DNA of 63,839 nucleotides, the filler included, from Kipferlia bialata (taxonomy: Eukaryota), in NCBI GenBank assembly GCA_003568945.1. It is 5 parts of 5 records of this genome, joined end to end, with 100 filler letters (N's around TTAATTAATTAA, not from the genome) between each part and the next. Parts side by side here need not be neighbours in the genome. Positions count along the whole stretch, not along the records: positions 16,672 to 33,236 come from BDIP01000592.1; positions 33,337 to 49,884 come from BDIP01000594.1; 3 more parts are not named here. One strand, given 5' to 3'. Positions 25,371 to 39,541 of this stretch are shown piece by piece. The notes beneath the pieces were generated by a model. It was not told where the DNA came from. It did no database searches and worked only from the letters and a program-made list of their open reading frames with translations. Positions within the stretch are counted from its first letter, which is position 1, and each line of letters opens with the position of its first letter. A program made the translations under genes and the position numbers.

Positions 25371-27507
25371 ATGGATTGGCTTAAGAGTCGGCGGCTTTGT
25401 CCCTGTAAGTACATACAACAAATGAAACAAAGCAGAACACAATATTTCACCTAACCTATCTATAAGACCGAAACTGATTGTTGTTAAGAAGGTACAGCAG
25501 TACAGACAGACCGTGTGGTGAGTGTTATACGGATAAGAGACGACATACACGTCATAGGTTACTATTCAGTACGTATAGGGGTATATGTGATATATTCAAT
25601 ATCAACTGGACAGTCGTATACCACTTCTGAGTAGAGAGTAGAGCGTATGAGAGGGTCACTGACTATCCAGAGTTGTTTGGAATATATACAATTACACTAT
25701 ATATACACTATATATATTGCTCTTTCGGCTTGTACATGTGTAGTATCAACTTTCACTGCCTTGTAGGGCATATGACAGCAAGAGCAGTATATAACGACAC
25801 ATTGAGACGATAGAGTCACCATAGCGGCATAGACAGGTTAGACATGATCATAACTGATCTGATGGCCGACGTTTGGAAACGGATGATATTCGTAGTCATT
25901 TCCCACAGGTATTCAACACAACGGTATACTGTGCTGTCTAGAATCATACAGATTTGAATTCAGCCGTATTGTGTCTGGATGGGTGTATTACGTTATGTAG
26001 ATATAGTATGGATAGTATGGTGTATACACAGGAGTACTGAAATGGTTCATGAAATGCGTTCGTTCACATTCGTCGACAACAGCCAAAGTACATCCATTGT
26101 CTTCGCAGTCAATGGGCGTGAGAAGGTCCTGATGATGACTATACAATGTGTAGAACAGCTATGGCGTGCATCTTACTCTCTATGAGAGTCTCATTATGAA
26201 ATGTTACAAAAGGGTTTATCTTTGTGTTGTAAAAAAATGCATATCTGACCCACAAAGGCTGATCATCACCTCTCCTGCGTATCACTCAAGATATGGTAAG
26301 CAGATATACCACGTACATGCGTGCTCCAGATCATTAATACAGTAGTAACACAGGGAAAAAGGACCACAAGAGATGCGGGTTCCCTCGGCAAGGGGACCAA
26401 GGACGCGAAACCACGAGTAGAGACGCGCCATGACCGGTCTTTGGCTATGCAGGGGGTACGTAGGAGTGTGATCACCCGCCTATCACTAGGACAGACTTCC
26501 TACACAGCTGTTCCAGATTAAGGTCCACTTACACTAGAAGAAAGATATGAAGAGGCAAAGGAAGCATGAGCAGAAGAGGAGCATTGTCAAGCAGCTAGAG
26601 AAGGAGAGAGCGAAGCAGAAGGTGGGGCAGTGTCTCCTCTGTTGTTTCCATAGTCGTTTGTCTTAGAATCGTCACTGATCCAAGCGCAAGGGCAGTCAAT
26701 TCGAGGTGACCGAGCTCTTTGATATGCTAAGGTGGGTATAGTATGCCTGACCTCCCCTCATGTTTTATATGAGTTGGGTCAGAGTCTACCAGGGTGATCC
26801 ATGCACTACTCTGAATAATGCATGTTTATTGGGTGGTGTCGGATCTATCTCTCTTCTCTGTCTCAAAGTAGTGGCAACTATGTCCATACCCTATCTGATA
26901 TATGTCACCTGACACCCTGACACCTTTCATGTATTGGATAACTACACCTCTTCCATCTTGCCATCTAATCTCAGGCAGAGCGTGGAGTCAAAGACCCATA
27001 TCGACCACACACCTACATGGGGACACAGGTATTAAGTCATTCAGTTGTACTCTGATGTCTCTATGCATGTCAGTATGTCTGTGTGTATTAATTAGTCTGT
27101 GTGTTCATTTGCAGGGGAGGCAGGTCTCAGCTGGCCAACAAGACTGTGCAGGACGTGAGAACCATTGGGACCCTTCTAAAGGACACCCCCAACCCAATGG
27201 AGGTATATATGTATATATATATATGTATATATATATATGTATATATATGTGTGGTATGAATGTGTTTGATGAATGTGTTGCTACTCCCACAGAGTTCTCC
27301 TGATCACTACTATACTGAGTATCAAGGGCCGGCACCTGTATATGTCCATGATGATATGTGTGGCGTGACATTACTATGTATAACCCCAGGTTCTCCAGGC
27401 CCACATTGCGGCCAAGCTGGCCAAGGACAAGGCACAGCCCCAGCCCAAGGGAAAGGGAAGGGGAAAGGGAAAGGGAAAGGGCCAGTGAGTCTGTATGCAC
27501 ACTGACA
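25371..27507 (+). CDS. Putative multi-exon basic protein of unknown function, divergent from PP2C
   Basis: ATG 25371 followed by a gtaag donor. Later short GT-AG-bounded exons (e.g. KKDMKRQRKHEQKRSIVKQLEKERAKQK, GSQFEVTELFDML). Frame continuity not fully checked; may be more than one gene. Confidence 0.4.
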
Positions 27508-28167
27508 GTGATAGTGACAGTGACAGTGACAGTGACAGTGACAGTGGCACTCCGCACTGACACTCCCCTTCACCTTAGATCTAGGGTTGTGCCACTCGGT
27601 GCATGGATGTGGACCTGGTGGCCATCAGCACACTGATATATAGATCAGTACACTGATACATCCTTGGTACACGTGGACGTGACTCGTTCGCTTCAGTACT
27701 GGACTAGTTGTGGACTAGTTGTGTCGGGGTTCAAATGGGCACTGGCTGTCGCCCCTGTACAGTTTAGGAGTCAGTACCGGTGTCAGTGGATTATTCAGTC
27801 TGGTCATGCTCTCTCTGTACAGTGCTTGTTCACATTTCTGTTCATATTTATATATATATATCTCAATGCATATTGTTTAACATATAGCAATGTGTGTGTG
27901 TATGGTCAGAGGCCCTTCATTATTGTATTATTCGTGCTAGAATAGATTTGATTGTGTTCACCTTTACTCTAGTACTCTTTCTCACTCAGTACTTAGTGTG
28001 TATTAATTAATACTCAGTGTTTCTACAGGTATTATATTGAGCTTGACCAAGGGGACATATGATTGGTCAGTATATATATATATATATATATATACATACA
28101 TTAGACTACATACTTCCAGATCTAGCCAAGAAATCTGTTAGGTATCTGATACACATAACGTGCGCGT

Positions 28168-30518
28168 CTATTTCTTCTTCTTGCTCCTTCTCTTTGGCTT
28201 TCCAAACATGGACATGATCGACGGCTGATCAGTGTCGGCTGCCAGTCGCTTAGGCTGCCTCTTCTTAGGGGCATCCTTAGCCGGAGACGCTGGGGTGGGA
28301 CCACACTTAGACACAAGTGATAAATGCATACACGTGAATGAATATACAGTATATACACTAGTATTTACGGTCAGTATCAATATCAGGGCGGTCACCACAA
28401 GAGTATAGAGGGCAAAACGCTCGCCTTGCTACTGATGTATACTGGCGATACTGTCACCATATAGGTATATAGGGATACATATGTCCCTGGGGATACCTGG
28501 GGCGTCCCCCCCCATGTCGACGTCCCCGCCCTCGGTGACCTTGGGCAGAGGAAGAATGTCCGACATGCACAGAGAGAGCCTGGGGTCATATGCATAGTCG
28601 CAGACACACATAATAATTATTATACATACATTGGTCAGAAGGGCAAACCAGTGCACCACACATAGTGCACACAACGGGCATAGAGGATAAATAGTACATA
28701 TAATACACTAAGGGATATGGTGTGAATGATGAATACACGTCGTGAACATACGTGTTAGTGATGAACGTCAGAGGGGAGCAACACAATGAATACAGTGTTA
28801 ATACTAATACAGAAAGAGTTAGATCAATGGAATTCTAGAGAAGCGATGATAGGTCTGTGATAGACACACACATACTTATATATAGGTGTGTATAAGTATA
28901 TTATATATATGTGTGTATATATAGTAGCCATGCATAATAGAACGGTGAGCCCACCTTGCGCATAGCAGTCTGATGAGGTCCCTGCCTAAGTACTCTGATA
29001 CGGCCATAGCTGCAGTGACGGCATTGAGTGTGGGGATGGCTGGTGTGATAGGATATGACAGGACATGATATGATATGGACATGATATGATATGGACATGA
29101 TATGACATGGGCGGAACAGAGAGAGAGCAGATACCGACACTGACACCGAGCCAGTTGGCAGTGAGAGTGATAGAGATACCCACTGTCCCACACACACACA
29201 CATCTGTACCTTGTTGGACGCCCTCCACCAATCTGACTAGGAAGTCGACGTGTCTGTCCTCACTGTACACGTACACGGGGCTGTGGTGGGGTATGTTTGT
29301 GGGGGCTCTATCTGCTATATACACTCTGCGACAGCGGGCACATACGCGATGGAACAGTAAACAGTCATCTCCCTATATACATACACAATTCCAGCCTGGC
29401 GTACCTCCCCCCTACCATGCTGGATGTGCACAACGCCCCTAGGACAGACTGGAGGGTGTCCGACCTAGACTGGGGGTGGGACAGACAGGGATGCTGATAC
29501 TGATACACACTGCAGATAACAACACATACTATATATATAGAACTCTGACACTTCAGACATCCACCTGTGGTAGACTGGGGATAGACGCCCCAGCCACTAC
29601 AGATACGATAGGTTCATACATCCCTCTGTGATAGCCACCCCCACATGCATCTTATATCCCTTGACAGTGCACAAGACATTGAGCAATACACTTATCCAGA
29701 GTACCCAAGATGCATACACATGAAGATCCACTCAAATGTAAATGTCTCTGTACATATATGTAGTACTTTACTATACACTACAAATACCTCCAGACAGTGC
29801 ACCAGGCCTGGGCACGCCTCGCAAATAGGGACACTGGGCCCCCGGGCCTTGGTGTCTGCGAGGCGGCTGTCCACCTGTCGCAGTGACTCTAGCACAGTGT
29901 CACAGTCTCCGCTGACTGAGACTGAGTCACCGCAGTCGGATAGACACCTGGCGGTCAATAAGAAGAGTGACAAGACTAGTGCGTGTATGAACGCTATACT
30001 CAATTCAGATTAGAACCTATTACCAAGAGGAAACCATACAAAGTGTAATAATGGTAATCGCTCAGCATGTCAGTGTCATTACTACCAGTACCAGTGTATT
30101 TAGGTATTGGGGAGTATATACCGTCTCACAATGGGGATGTGGCAGTATCAGTGCATAGAGAGTGCATTATATATATATACATGCAAGATCATGGCACCCT
30201 AACACCTTCTGGGGCAGTCTATGGCATAGTATAGATATGCACCTTCTGAGGATGGGCGACATGGGCAGGGCCAGGGGGATGGGAGTGAGTAGAGACATGC
30301 TCCGCAGAGAGACCACCCTGGTCCCCTGGAACCCCGAGAGGGGGCTGGGTCCTAGGGCAGCCACGTCCAGACAGGTACCGGCCCCACACGCCCCACAGTG
30401 CCCATACACAATGCCCTTGGCTGGGTTCAGCAATGAATAATGCAATACATGGTGCATATTGCTCAGAGGGTGGTAACTAGAGGGGGGTAACTGTCAGCGA
30501 TGGATGTTATATATACAT

Positions 30519-30551
<33 letters not shown>

Positions 30552-30725
30552 CATATGCGGGAAAGCACTCCACTTACGTTTCCTGGGATGGGGAACCATG
30601 AAGAATTCCACCGAGGTCCCCTTAACCTGAGTGTCAGTTGAGCTACATACTACATACTATGCGAAGACGACACGGACACTCCCTACCAATACCTCATCAG
30701 GGAGGACTAAGAGGGAGCTTGGCAT
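28168..30725 (-). CDS. RNASEH2B: Ribonuclease H2 subunit B
   Basis: Exons: VEFFMVPHPR, SGFQGTRVVSLRSMSLLTPIPL, YVYSEDRHVDFLVRLV, AMAVSEYL. C-terminal PIP-box-like QPSIMSMFGKPK followed by a basic tail, matching the RNase H2B architecture. Confidence 0.75.
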
Positions 30726-30938
30726 CTTGAACTAGTGTGACCAGTGGCGGCCCAAGGTTCCAAAGAAACACAACCCATACAAGAATGGACAACACAGTCC
30801 ATTTATACCAAAAACATGACACATAAAGCTAATACTTAGTAACTAAATCCTGAATGCAACAAATACAACATAACCCTCTGGTGTGTGACCAGACAGTAGT
30901 AACCCTGAGGTCCGCCAGACCCTGCTGTGGGCCTCTAT

Positions 30939-31312
30939 CTACTGAGGATGCGGCCCCGGCATGCCCATGTCTGGGGTAAGGCCCCGCCTGTCCATGCCCA
31001 GGTCGTGCTGCCTGCCCAGGTCACCCAGGTCACCCACGGCAGGGGGAACGCCATGGGAAGACGGAACCTGCAGTGAAAGGGCTTCCACGGACACAGCAGG
31101 ATTATATCCCCAGTACCATCGGAACGAACGAAATCTACATAAACAATGCCAGCGATGACAGACATCTATACCTGGTTCATCTGGGGGGCCACAGGGGCCC
31201 TGTTCTTGACTGAGGGCAGTCCTGCCAGGTAGTTCATGGCCTGGTTGTAGTGCTCTGACGCAATGAAGACCGGGACGTAACCAGGGGGGCACTGGACATA
31301 GTGACCTGACAT
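30939..31312 (-). CDS. 89-aa two-exon orphan protein (31312-31172, 31067-30939)
   Basis: MSGHYVQCPPGYVPVFIASEHYNQAMNYLAGLPSVKNRAPVAPQMNQ|VPSSHG...GPHPQ*; phase-0 GT-AG intron, GC-rich codons. Confidence 0.55.
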
Positions 31313-31599
31313 ACTCAGTATGATCAAGAAAGTGGCGACGTAAAAATGACACAAGATTGAAGCAGTAAAATCACTTTGAAGAGTTTGTGAATAAAGGGTC
31401 AGCAAAATGCCCCTAAACTAGATAAACAACAAGTCGGAGGTCTGTAAAAATCCGAAAGTATATATATGGCTCTTCTAGCCTTAAGTCGAACTTTCGACAT
31501 TTTTACTATCCTAGGTCCTAATTTAGCAAGTTGAAGTACCTATTCAAGACAGTGTCTTCTCAGGCAAGCGCTGACTCCGGTGTCGGAGTCTCCTTTGAA

Positions 31600-32539
31600 T
31601 GCCAGAGGCATACGTCCACACCTGGCTGTCGACACTGGGGTTCGGGTTCGGGGCTGTCCAGTCCTGTCATGATGTGATTATGATTCGAGACGACCTCTTT
31701 GTGTGTGTTAAGTCAAAAGGTACAAATGTGGTAGCAACACATGGTTTCCTATAGGTCCATATACGTTGCGTACTTGGACTCTGCCTCCTTGCTCGCTGAT
31801 ATAGTTGCCAGTGTTCTCCTTCATAACAATAATTGTTGAACAATCATCCAGTCCTTCTATACATACACATTCCCACTGCTGCTTCTGACTCAGGGTCTCG
31901 GTCGCACCATGGGTCTCTTGTTCTGTGGTTCGAGACAGAGGAGGTACGGTTATGCATATCTTCAGCGCATTCTCCCTCATGTGATGTATGGTATATATAC
32001 CACCCATTCTCCAATGCAATTGGCGCCTCCTCCAGGTCCTTATATTATGTGTATATGCCCTGACACCAGGGCACCCCCTGCACATACAGTGAGTGGATAA
32101 GTCAGTATCAGTACTAGTATCAGTATAGATAGTGTAAATACTGACATTGATACTGATACTGACACCAGGGCACCCCCTGCACATACAGTGAGTGGATCAG
32201 CTCCGGGAGGTCTGTGACGCAGCCTGTCAAGGTGGAGTCAGACCTGATTCGCAAGGGTGAGAGGCTGCTTTGGTATTGCTATCACTGGTACTATATATAC
32301 CGTATATTGTGAGTTGACCCTGTCTCCGACACCGTTTCTGATACTCAGCTGGCAAACAAGGAAGGCCAAAGCATGCGAAGAGTGGCGGTGTGTGCATCCG
32401 GTTTGTGTACCAGGGCAGCGACCACTACTCCAGCGCCACCATCACCAACCACCTAGTGCGAGTCCGAGACGTGACCCTCAACATCGTGCCCCTCACGGCC
32501 CTAACCCTATCCACCCTGCCCCCCGAGTGCACACCATGA
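31600..32539 (+). CDS. Putative short multi-exon protein of unknown function
   Basis: In-frame exons GSRSHHGSLVLWFETEE|GTPCTYSEWISSG...LIRK|AGKQGRPK...CIRFVYQG...PPECTP*, with an acceptor echo near 32070. Start uncertain. Confidence 0.45.
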
Positions 32540-33071
32540 CGCACATAGGGTGTGTGCCACACTCGGTGTGGCATATGATGATACGAATCGGGGGGGCGGG
32601 GGGGGTCTTTCTGTACTCACTCCGTACATTTGCTGTATGGTGGGTTTCCTTTGTTCTTTGTGTGGTATCAGGTCCCTTGGACTCTGATACTAAGTTAGTT
32701 GATTCCTCATGAATATACAATTTGCACCTTCTTTTATGAATGTGTACAATGGCCTCTTTACTCTGGTTAGTTGTCAAGACTGTCATATTGCATTCTTTCA
32801 TACTCTGGTCCTTCACAGGGATACACACTGAGTGACCCTTCCCAATGGGAGCCGGACCTGATACCAAGCATTACCAGAGGACACATACACTCTCATGCTG
32901 CGTGGCGTGTCTGCTGACGAGTCCCGGTGACCTACCATTGATGATTGACGAGCATCATATGCTCCATATTGACCAAAATGGCCTCCAGTAATCATTCAGA
33001 CTACTTGGCCTAGTAACCAGTTGTAGGGGATGTGGGGAGTGGGGGCGTGGTATTTACTACATGTGCCCACG

Positions 33072-33227
33072 TCATCTCCGTGGGATGGCCTGAAGGGAAT
33101 GATGCACTTGGCCCTGTACAGAACGACTGAGCAGTGATAGGGTCACCCAGTCAGGAAGAGAGGCAGGGATCCCCCCACCTCCATCACCATCATCAACGCC
33201 GTCCAATAGCAGTGCTGCCTCTCGGAC
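33072..33227 (-). CDS. Terminal exon of a gene truncated by the contig end
   Basis: Acceptor ttttacag then 52 codons VREAALLLDG...QAIPRR*. Confidence 0.4.
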   Translation of the reverse strand, partial: VREAALLLDGVDDGDGGGGIPASLPDWVTLSLLSRSVQGQVHHSLQAIPRR

Positions 33228-33235
33228 CTGTAAAA

Positions 33236-33335
33236 GNNNNNNNNNNNNNNNNNNNNNNNNNNNNNNNNNNNNNNNNNNNNTTAATTAATTAANNNNNNNN
33301 NNNNNNNNNNNNNNNNNNNNNNNNNNNNNNNNNNN
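33236..33335. other. Artificial contig linker
   Basis: N-run + TTAATTAATTAA + N-run. Confidence 0.98.
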
Positions 33336-33628
33336 NTTTGATTCCGCCATAAGTAATTCAGACTGACAACTGGAGGATATCCCCCCCCCCCCCTCTCTCT
33401 CTCTCTCTCCCCACCCACATCCCCACCCACATCAGCTCTCTCTCTATAGATCCCAGTATTCATGCAAGTATCCTCTCTCTTTCTCTCTCTCTCTCTATCT
33501 AACTAGAGATACAGTTTCATTTCCAACTTACCCCAGATCCCAGTCAATGCAAGTCCCAAAGTTAGGACTGCTCTCTCTCTCTCTCTCTCTCTCTACATAC
33601 ATCATTGTATTTCTCCCTCACACAACAG

Positions 33629-36600
33629 ATCCCAGTCAATGCAAGTCTCGCAGTCTTAGAGCTGCCTTACATCCTGACACAGCGAGGAAGTTCTATGAGG
33701 TGGGAGCATGCATACTACATACACACTACATACTCTATCTCTCTTGCCAACTCACTATCCCCCCCCCCTCCCCCACCCATTTACCATGCTATACACTTAT
33801 CATTTCTCTCGTGTTGTTATATATACCCGTCACTCGCTGTCATTTTTGGTTGTATATACCCTCTCTCAGGTTATTATTATACTCTTTTCTATCAATTCTA
33901 TATATTAGATGTATTTGTGTGTTCTTGAGAATGGTTTTACACCACTAGGTAGTGTATTATCTTCTCTCTCACTCTCATTATTATACTGTTTCTATATTAT
34001 ATATATATTTAGTATATATGTTATACTATATTGAATATTTGTATATTCAATATAAGTATGTACACTCACCGACAGTCGGTGCCTGCACCAGGGGAGGACG
34101 ACTGGCTCAGGATAAGGGAGGTATATATGTATCATACATACTATGTATGTGTATAGTATACTATTTATACACTGTATATGTATGCTACCCATATACTAGG
34201 CATAGGGGTAGATGACTGGCTCAGGATAAGGGAGGTATATATATACACTATTATATATATATATAGTATTCATTAATATAGTAATATGGTAATATATGTA
34301 GGCTGTAATAGAACTTCTACTATGGAATATATCTCTACCTCTTTACATACCTGTATCCACCGCTAAGTCCACCAGGAGAAGGGTCAGACCTTCAGTCAGT
34401 ACAAGGCCAAGTATAGGTGGGAAACTCTTGATATATAGTAATAGTATTGGTGTGCAGTTATGTACTGGTAAAGTAACTGTATTCGTTCTACCACTAATGT
34501 GCCGAGTGTTTGTATAGTGATACGAAGAGCAGTTGTTTTCCCCTATCCTGACCCTTCTCCCCCTATCTTCCCCTAACGCACAGAGGCAGGCTCTTGTGAA
34601 ATATATTCTCCAATTGTCATGCTGTCAAACTATTAGTGAACTCTCATTCTCTCTCTCTCTGTCACAACATTGTAAACATATATTCTCATAAGACTCAATT
34701 AGCCTAACTGACAATTAGGCCGCTGAAGAAGCCGGCCCCTCCGATCCTAATCATACCTGCAGTGTACAGAGGTCTAGACAGTGATAGTGAGGAAGAGAGT
34801 GAGGAAGAGGGAGAGGGAGAGAGTATGGGTGGGGGACTTGATCCACAAGCAGTGGTAGGTTGGTATATCTACATTCATTGATTGATTGATTGATTGATTG
34901 ATTGGTATACAACACAGACCGTGTTACACAGGTGTCTATTCTGTTCATGATAACCATCTCTCTACTTTTGTATCTTCCTGTTAATTCATATTCCCCTCTA
35001 ATTTACCAGAGTACGTACGTGCCTTCTACTACCCCTGTCCGGTAGTGCTACTAGACACCCTGGACCTGAAGGTAACAGAACAATCACCACTCATACTCAA
35101 TAATTATAATGAGTAATGAGTATGATAATGCTCATTGATAATACTATGATCAGTAGTTTACCCATTTTCTGATAGGAGTCACTAATAGCTTCATATATTT
35201 GTTGGCTCTTGGGACTGACCCCTAGCAACACAGGGTCAAGATGAGGGACAATGATGGGGACACCCAGTTCTATGCACCGGAGATACTGAGGCACTCAATA
35301 CTGTATAGCACTATATATATATATTCTCTCAACCATTTAGAAGTGTCAAGTCGGTCCCCTCTTGCAGACAGTACAGTGCAATAGCTCTAACGTAGAGCCT
35401 CTAAGAGTCATTTGGTGTAGTATATCCATGTAACATATACTAGTCTTACCCTTAGAAAGGTCAAGTCTATCCTCTCTGGCAGACAGTACAGTGCAGCAGC
35501 AGTCATGACAACACACGACATATACCACAGGTATAGTATATATAGTAAATATAGTAAATAATGATACTGATAGCATGCAACTGTTTCATATTCTTTCCGT
35601 ATGTATTGGATAGTGTGTATTGGTTAATATAGGTGACATACACCACAGGTACATACAACTGATAGTATATTAGCATGCTATCTCATATTGACCTTGTGGT
35701 ATTCGATTATCAGGGCTAGAGGTATCGGTCTGGACCAGGCATATTTCACTCTCTGTAGCGACATAGTCTCTACCTCTAGCCACATATTCTCCAGAGAGGA
35801 CTGGAACTATATACTTGGCCTAACCCATAGTCTCACCTTATAACCCCTTCTTGTCTCTCTCTCCTTCTAGCCCCTTACTTGCAGAGAAGACTGGAACTTT
35901 GTCTTTGGCCTGGCCCAGGGTGGTGTATCCATATTCTCTTTCTACCGATTTCTGCCATCATTCACTGGTGCTCCAGAAGTGAAACATCCTAGAGGTTAGT
36001 AATATTGCCGTAAATGTATACAGACTGCCAAAAGATCATAATACATGACTTGCAACATATACTGCTCGACCTTCACTCCTACCTTCTAGTTTACTTACTT
36101 ACCCCCTAGATGTCACTCTGTGGAGGTCTGTCCGCACAGCAGTGCACGAGCTGGGTCACTGGTAAGGATACATACTATTGTGTGTACCGTACGTCTGGTG
36201 TGCTCCATGCCAATATAGTCTTTGTCAATAACAACTTGAGTGCCCAGTATCCTCACCCCCCCAGCCTTGGTCTCCGGCACTGCATATACTACAAGTGCAT
36301 CATGAATGGATCAAACCACATAGGTGAGCGGTTCATGTGGATATAGTGACGTCACTCTACTGGAAGGGTGTCTTGAAGGGCGACGGTCTGCTATCTCTCT
36401 TTCTCTCCTAACCAACAGACGAGTCTGACTCCCGACCCCTCTCTCTATGTCCAGTGTGCCTGAGAAAGGTACATACATCACCAATGGTGATTTACCATAA
36501 GTACATTGTATGTCAAGCGAATATAGAGTACAGTATGAGAGTTGAATACGAAGTGCCATAGTACAGTGGATATGTCAATACACTGATTCACTTGTCTCAT

Positions 36601-36955
36601 AACAGGTATTGACCTGTGTCTCTTAGTATTTTGTATGTCTCATAACAGGTGTCACACAGACTAGGCGGAGGCGTGTTGACTCGCTATAGGGGAATAGCAG
36701 GTATGTCGAGATGTAAGTTTTGCTTCTCCATATATACTAGTAATACATTGAGTGTGTGTCATTTATTACTCGTCACTTTCACAACTCACTTCTGTTCCTA
36801 TTCCAGAGATTGTTAATATATATATGTGTATACTATGTATATATACATAGAACACAATATCCAACCTTATTCCAGAGTGGTACAGAGTCCATGGCTTCAC
36901 CGAGCAGCTAGAGAGATGTGAGGCAGTCATCAGGCACATCGAGGGCAGCAAGTAG
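33629..36955 (+). CDS. Archaemetzincin (peptidase M54, AMZ2-like) zinc metalloprotease; 5' end missing
   Basis: Spliced motifs: PAPGEDDWL..EKGQTFSQY, YVRAFYYP, THDIYHREDWNFVFGLA, AVHELGHCLGLRHCIYYKCIMNGSNHIDESDSRPLSLCPVCLRK (HEXXHXXGXXHCX4CXM...CXXC); stop TAG 36953-36955. Confidence 0.93.
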
Positions 36956-37958
36956 TACAATTCCATGCAGTGCTACCATTTCTTACGCGAAAGAACAAGG
37001 AGAATGTTGCATCGAGGGCAGGATGTAGGCACTCGCCTCGTCATACACTCTAAAGAGCCTATCTAACATGTACTTTTAGAATGGAATAGAGTGAGAGCAG
37101 AGTGGAGGCAGTCATCAAGCACATTGAGGGCAGGATGTAGTGTCTCATTATTGTCCCTCTCCTGAGCAATGATAGTGAGTCTGACATCAAGCACGTCGCA
37201 GGGTGCATGTTGCCACTTGCCTAGTCAGATTTACTATCTGGAGGAGACTTTGTGTAGGGTATAGAGTCACTCTATTCCCACCAGATAGTCAAATATAGGG
37301 TGAGAAATGAGAAGTGAGACATCAGGAATATAGAGGCCAAGATGCACAATTCTAAAGTGGACCACCATCATTTCTTTGAACTTCAAAGATCTGTTCTCAA
37401 CATACAAATGAGAACTTCAATTTCCACTCTTGTGAAATAGTGTCTGAGGCTGTCGTCTAGAAGTTCTAGACTATTACATAGAGGGAAGTATGTAGTTCCT
37501 TCCTATTGTTCGTACTTTCCTCAGCAACGCACACAGTGTAGTGTTACCCTCTGTATCGTGGTGGAGTAAGACTAGGCTTTCAGCACTGTTGTTAGTGTAT
37601 ATAGGATCACAAATTGTGACACAATCCATATTCTAACACATTTGAGTATAGGAAAGCTTCCGGGTTATATCATGCCCATTGGGCAGTACTTGAAAGAGTT
37701 TGCAAGTTATCAATGTTGAAATCAATAGATCAATGTACTAGGTGGACACTGTCCCTAGTAGGGACTCCCTACGGGTTATCTAGTTCTGCTGTCAACCCTG
37801 CCACAGGCCAGTTAGTGTGCCCTCTAGGTGTCGGTGCAGATTCTCTCTCTATCAGCATACTGACATATCCCAAAAGCATTTGAATTGAAAACATGCAATC
37901 TATTCCTTTCAGAGCTGAGTACGTTGTGCGGTCAGTATCGGTTCAAACTGTGACTTAC

Positions 37959-38389
37959 CATGGCATACACTCCCCCATCATACCCTCTTCTCATGGGGGG
38001 TGTCGGGACAGCAGCACGAGGCAGCGCCCACCTGGCAGTAAGAAGGAGAGAGAGGAATGAAGAGAGAGGGAGAGAGGTGAGACCCAGTTCATCAACGGCA
38101 TGGCAAGCAAGACGCGGCGCACGCACACATATATACAAAAACATGCACATATATCTATAAATACACCGATGTGTATCAATGTCAATATGTATCATATGTG
38201 TACCTATACTCATTTCCCTAGGTGTCTGAGTGATGGATATATATACACATGCACCTATCTATCTATACGTATATACGTATCCAATGAATACCTGTACTCC
38301 TCTCCATTGGTGTCTGAGTGGTGGGGGTAGAAGAGCTCGGGGTTCATCCGCAGGATCAGTCTAGAGTTAGAGACATAAGGGTCCAAAGA

Positions 38390-38433
<44 letters not shown>

Positions 38434-39507
38434 AGAAGAGGGGTTATCCGTAGGATCAGTCTGGTGTTAGAGACATAAGGATCTAAATGAGAGAGAGAGA
38501 GTAGAAGATGGTGTTAGACATGAATGAACACATTCAGACTATTAGATGAATTAGATACAATTTGACACATTGGAGACACATGGGTCCAGAGAGTGAGAAA
38601 GAAATAGCAAGAAGAGTCACTTGATGTTGCAGGACGGCTGCGTCTCTTTATTGCGCTCTGTCTCTCTAAACATACATCTATACGTATAGAGTATGTACCT
38701 GTTGTTGCAGGACCGATTTGTCTCCATCTCGTAGTCATTGACACTCATCATAAGGGAGTGGCAGCCAAAGGGAACAAGGTCCCTAGTGTGAGTATACATA
38801 AACACATAGATGAGTATATATATATATACATAATGAGAGAGAGAGACACACTCATCATAAGGGAGTGGCAGCCAAAGGACACAAGGTCCCTAAGCGTAAG
38901 AGGAGAATAGTATATATATTTGAATGATACATACTAAGTACTCTGTAGAGATTTACCCTACCTGCTGTGCATGCTCTTAATATCCACTGATCGTATACAC
39001 ACATATATATATATGTGTGTGTGAGAGGGAGTTCCATACACTAGATATAGAAATATCTATCTATATATACATACTCAATATATACCTAGCCATCTGCATG
39101 CCCTTAACATCCTCCCCCAGAGGCATGTAATCTATCCTAACAAATACTAGATATACACTTTAATACTATATACTAGATACAAGTACATATAGACTCTCTA
39201 TAAGTATAATATATTATATATACCTAGCCATCTGCATGCCCGTGACATCCACCCCAAGTGGCATACCCTCTATCCACACACCCTGCACGGTGTCATAGAC
39301 ATGCAGGGTGGGATCGGCACCTAGAGTAAGAGATAGAGAGACAGAGTAAGAGAGAAAGGGAGAGAGAGAGAGAGAGAGACCCTGCACGGTGTCATAGACA
39401 TGCAGGGTGGGATCNNNNNNNNNNNNNNNNNNNNNNNNNNNNNNNNNNNNNNNNNNNNNNNNNNNNNNNNNNNNNNNNNNNNNGGAAGAGATACTTATAT
39501 AATTATC

Positions 39508-39541
<34 letters not shown>

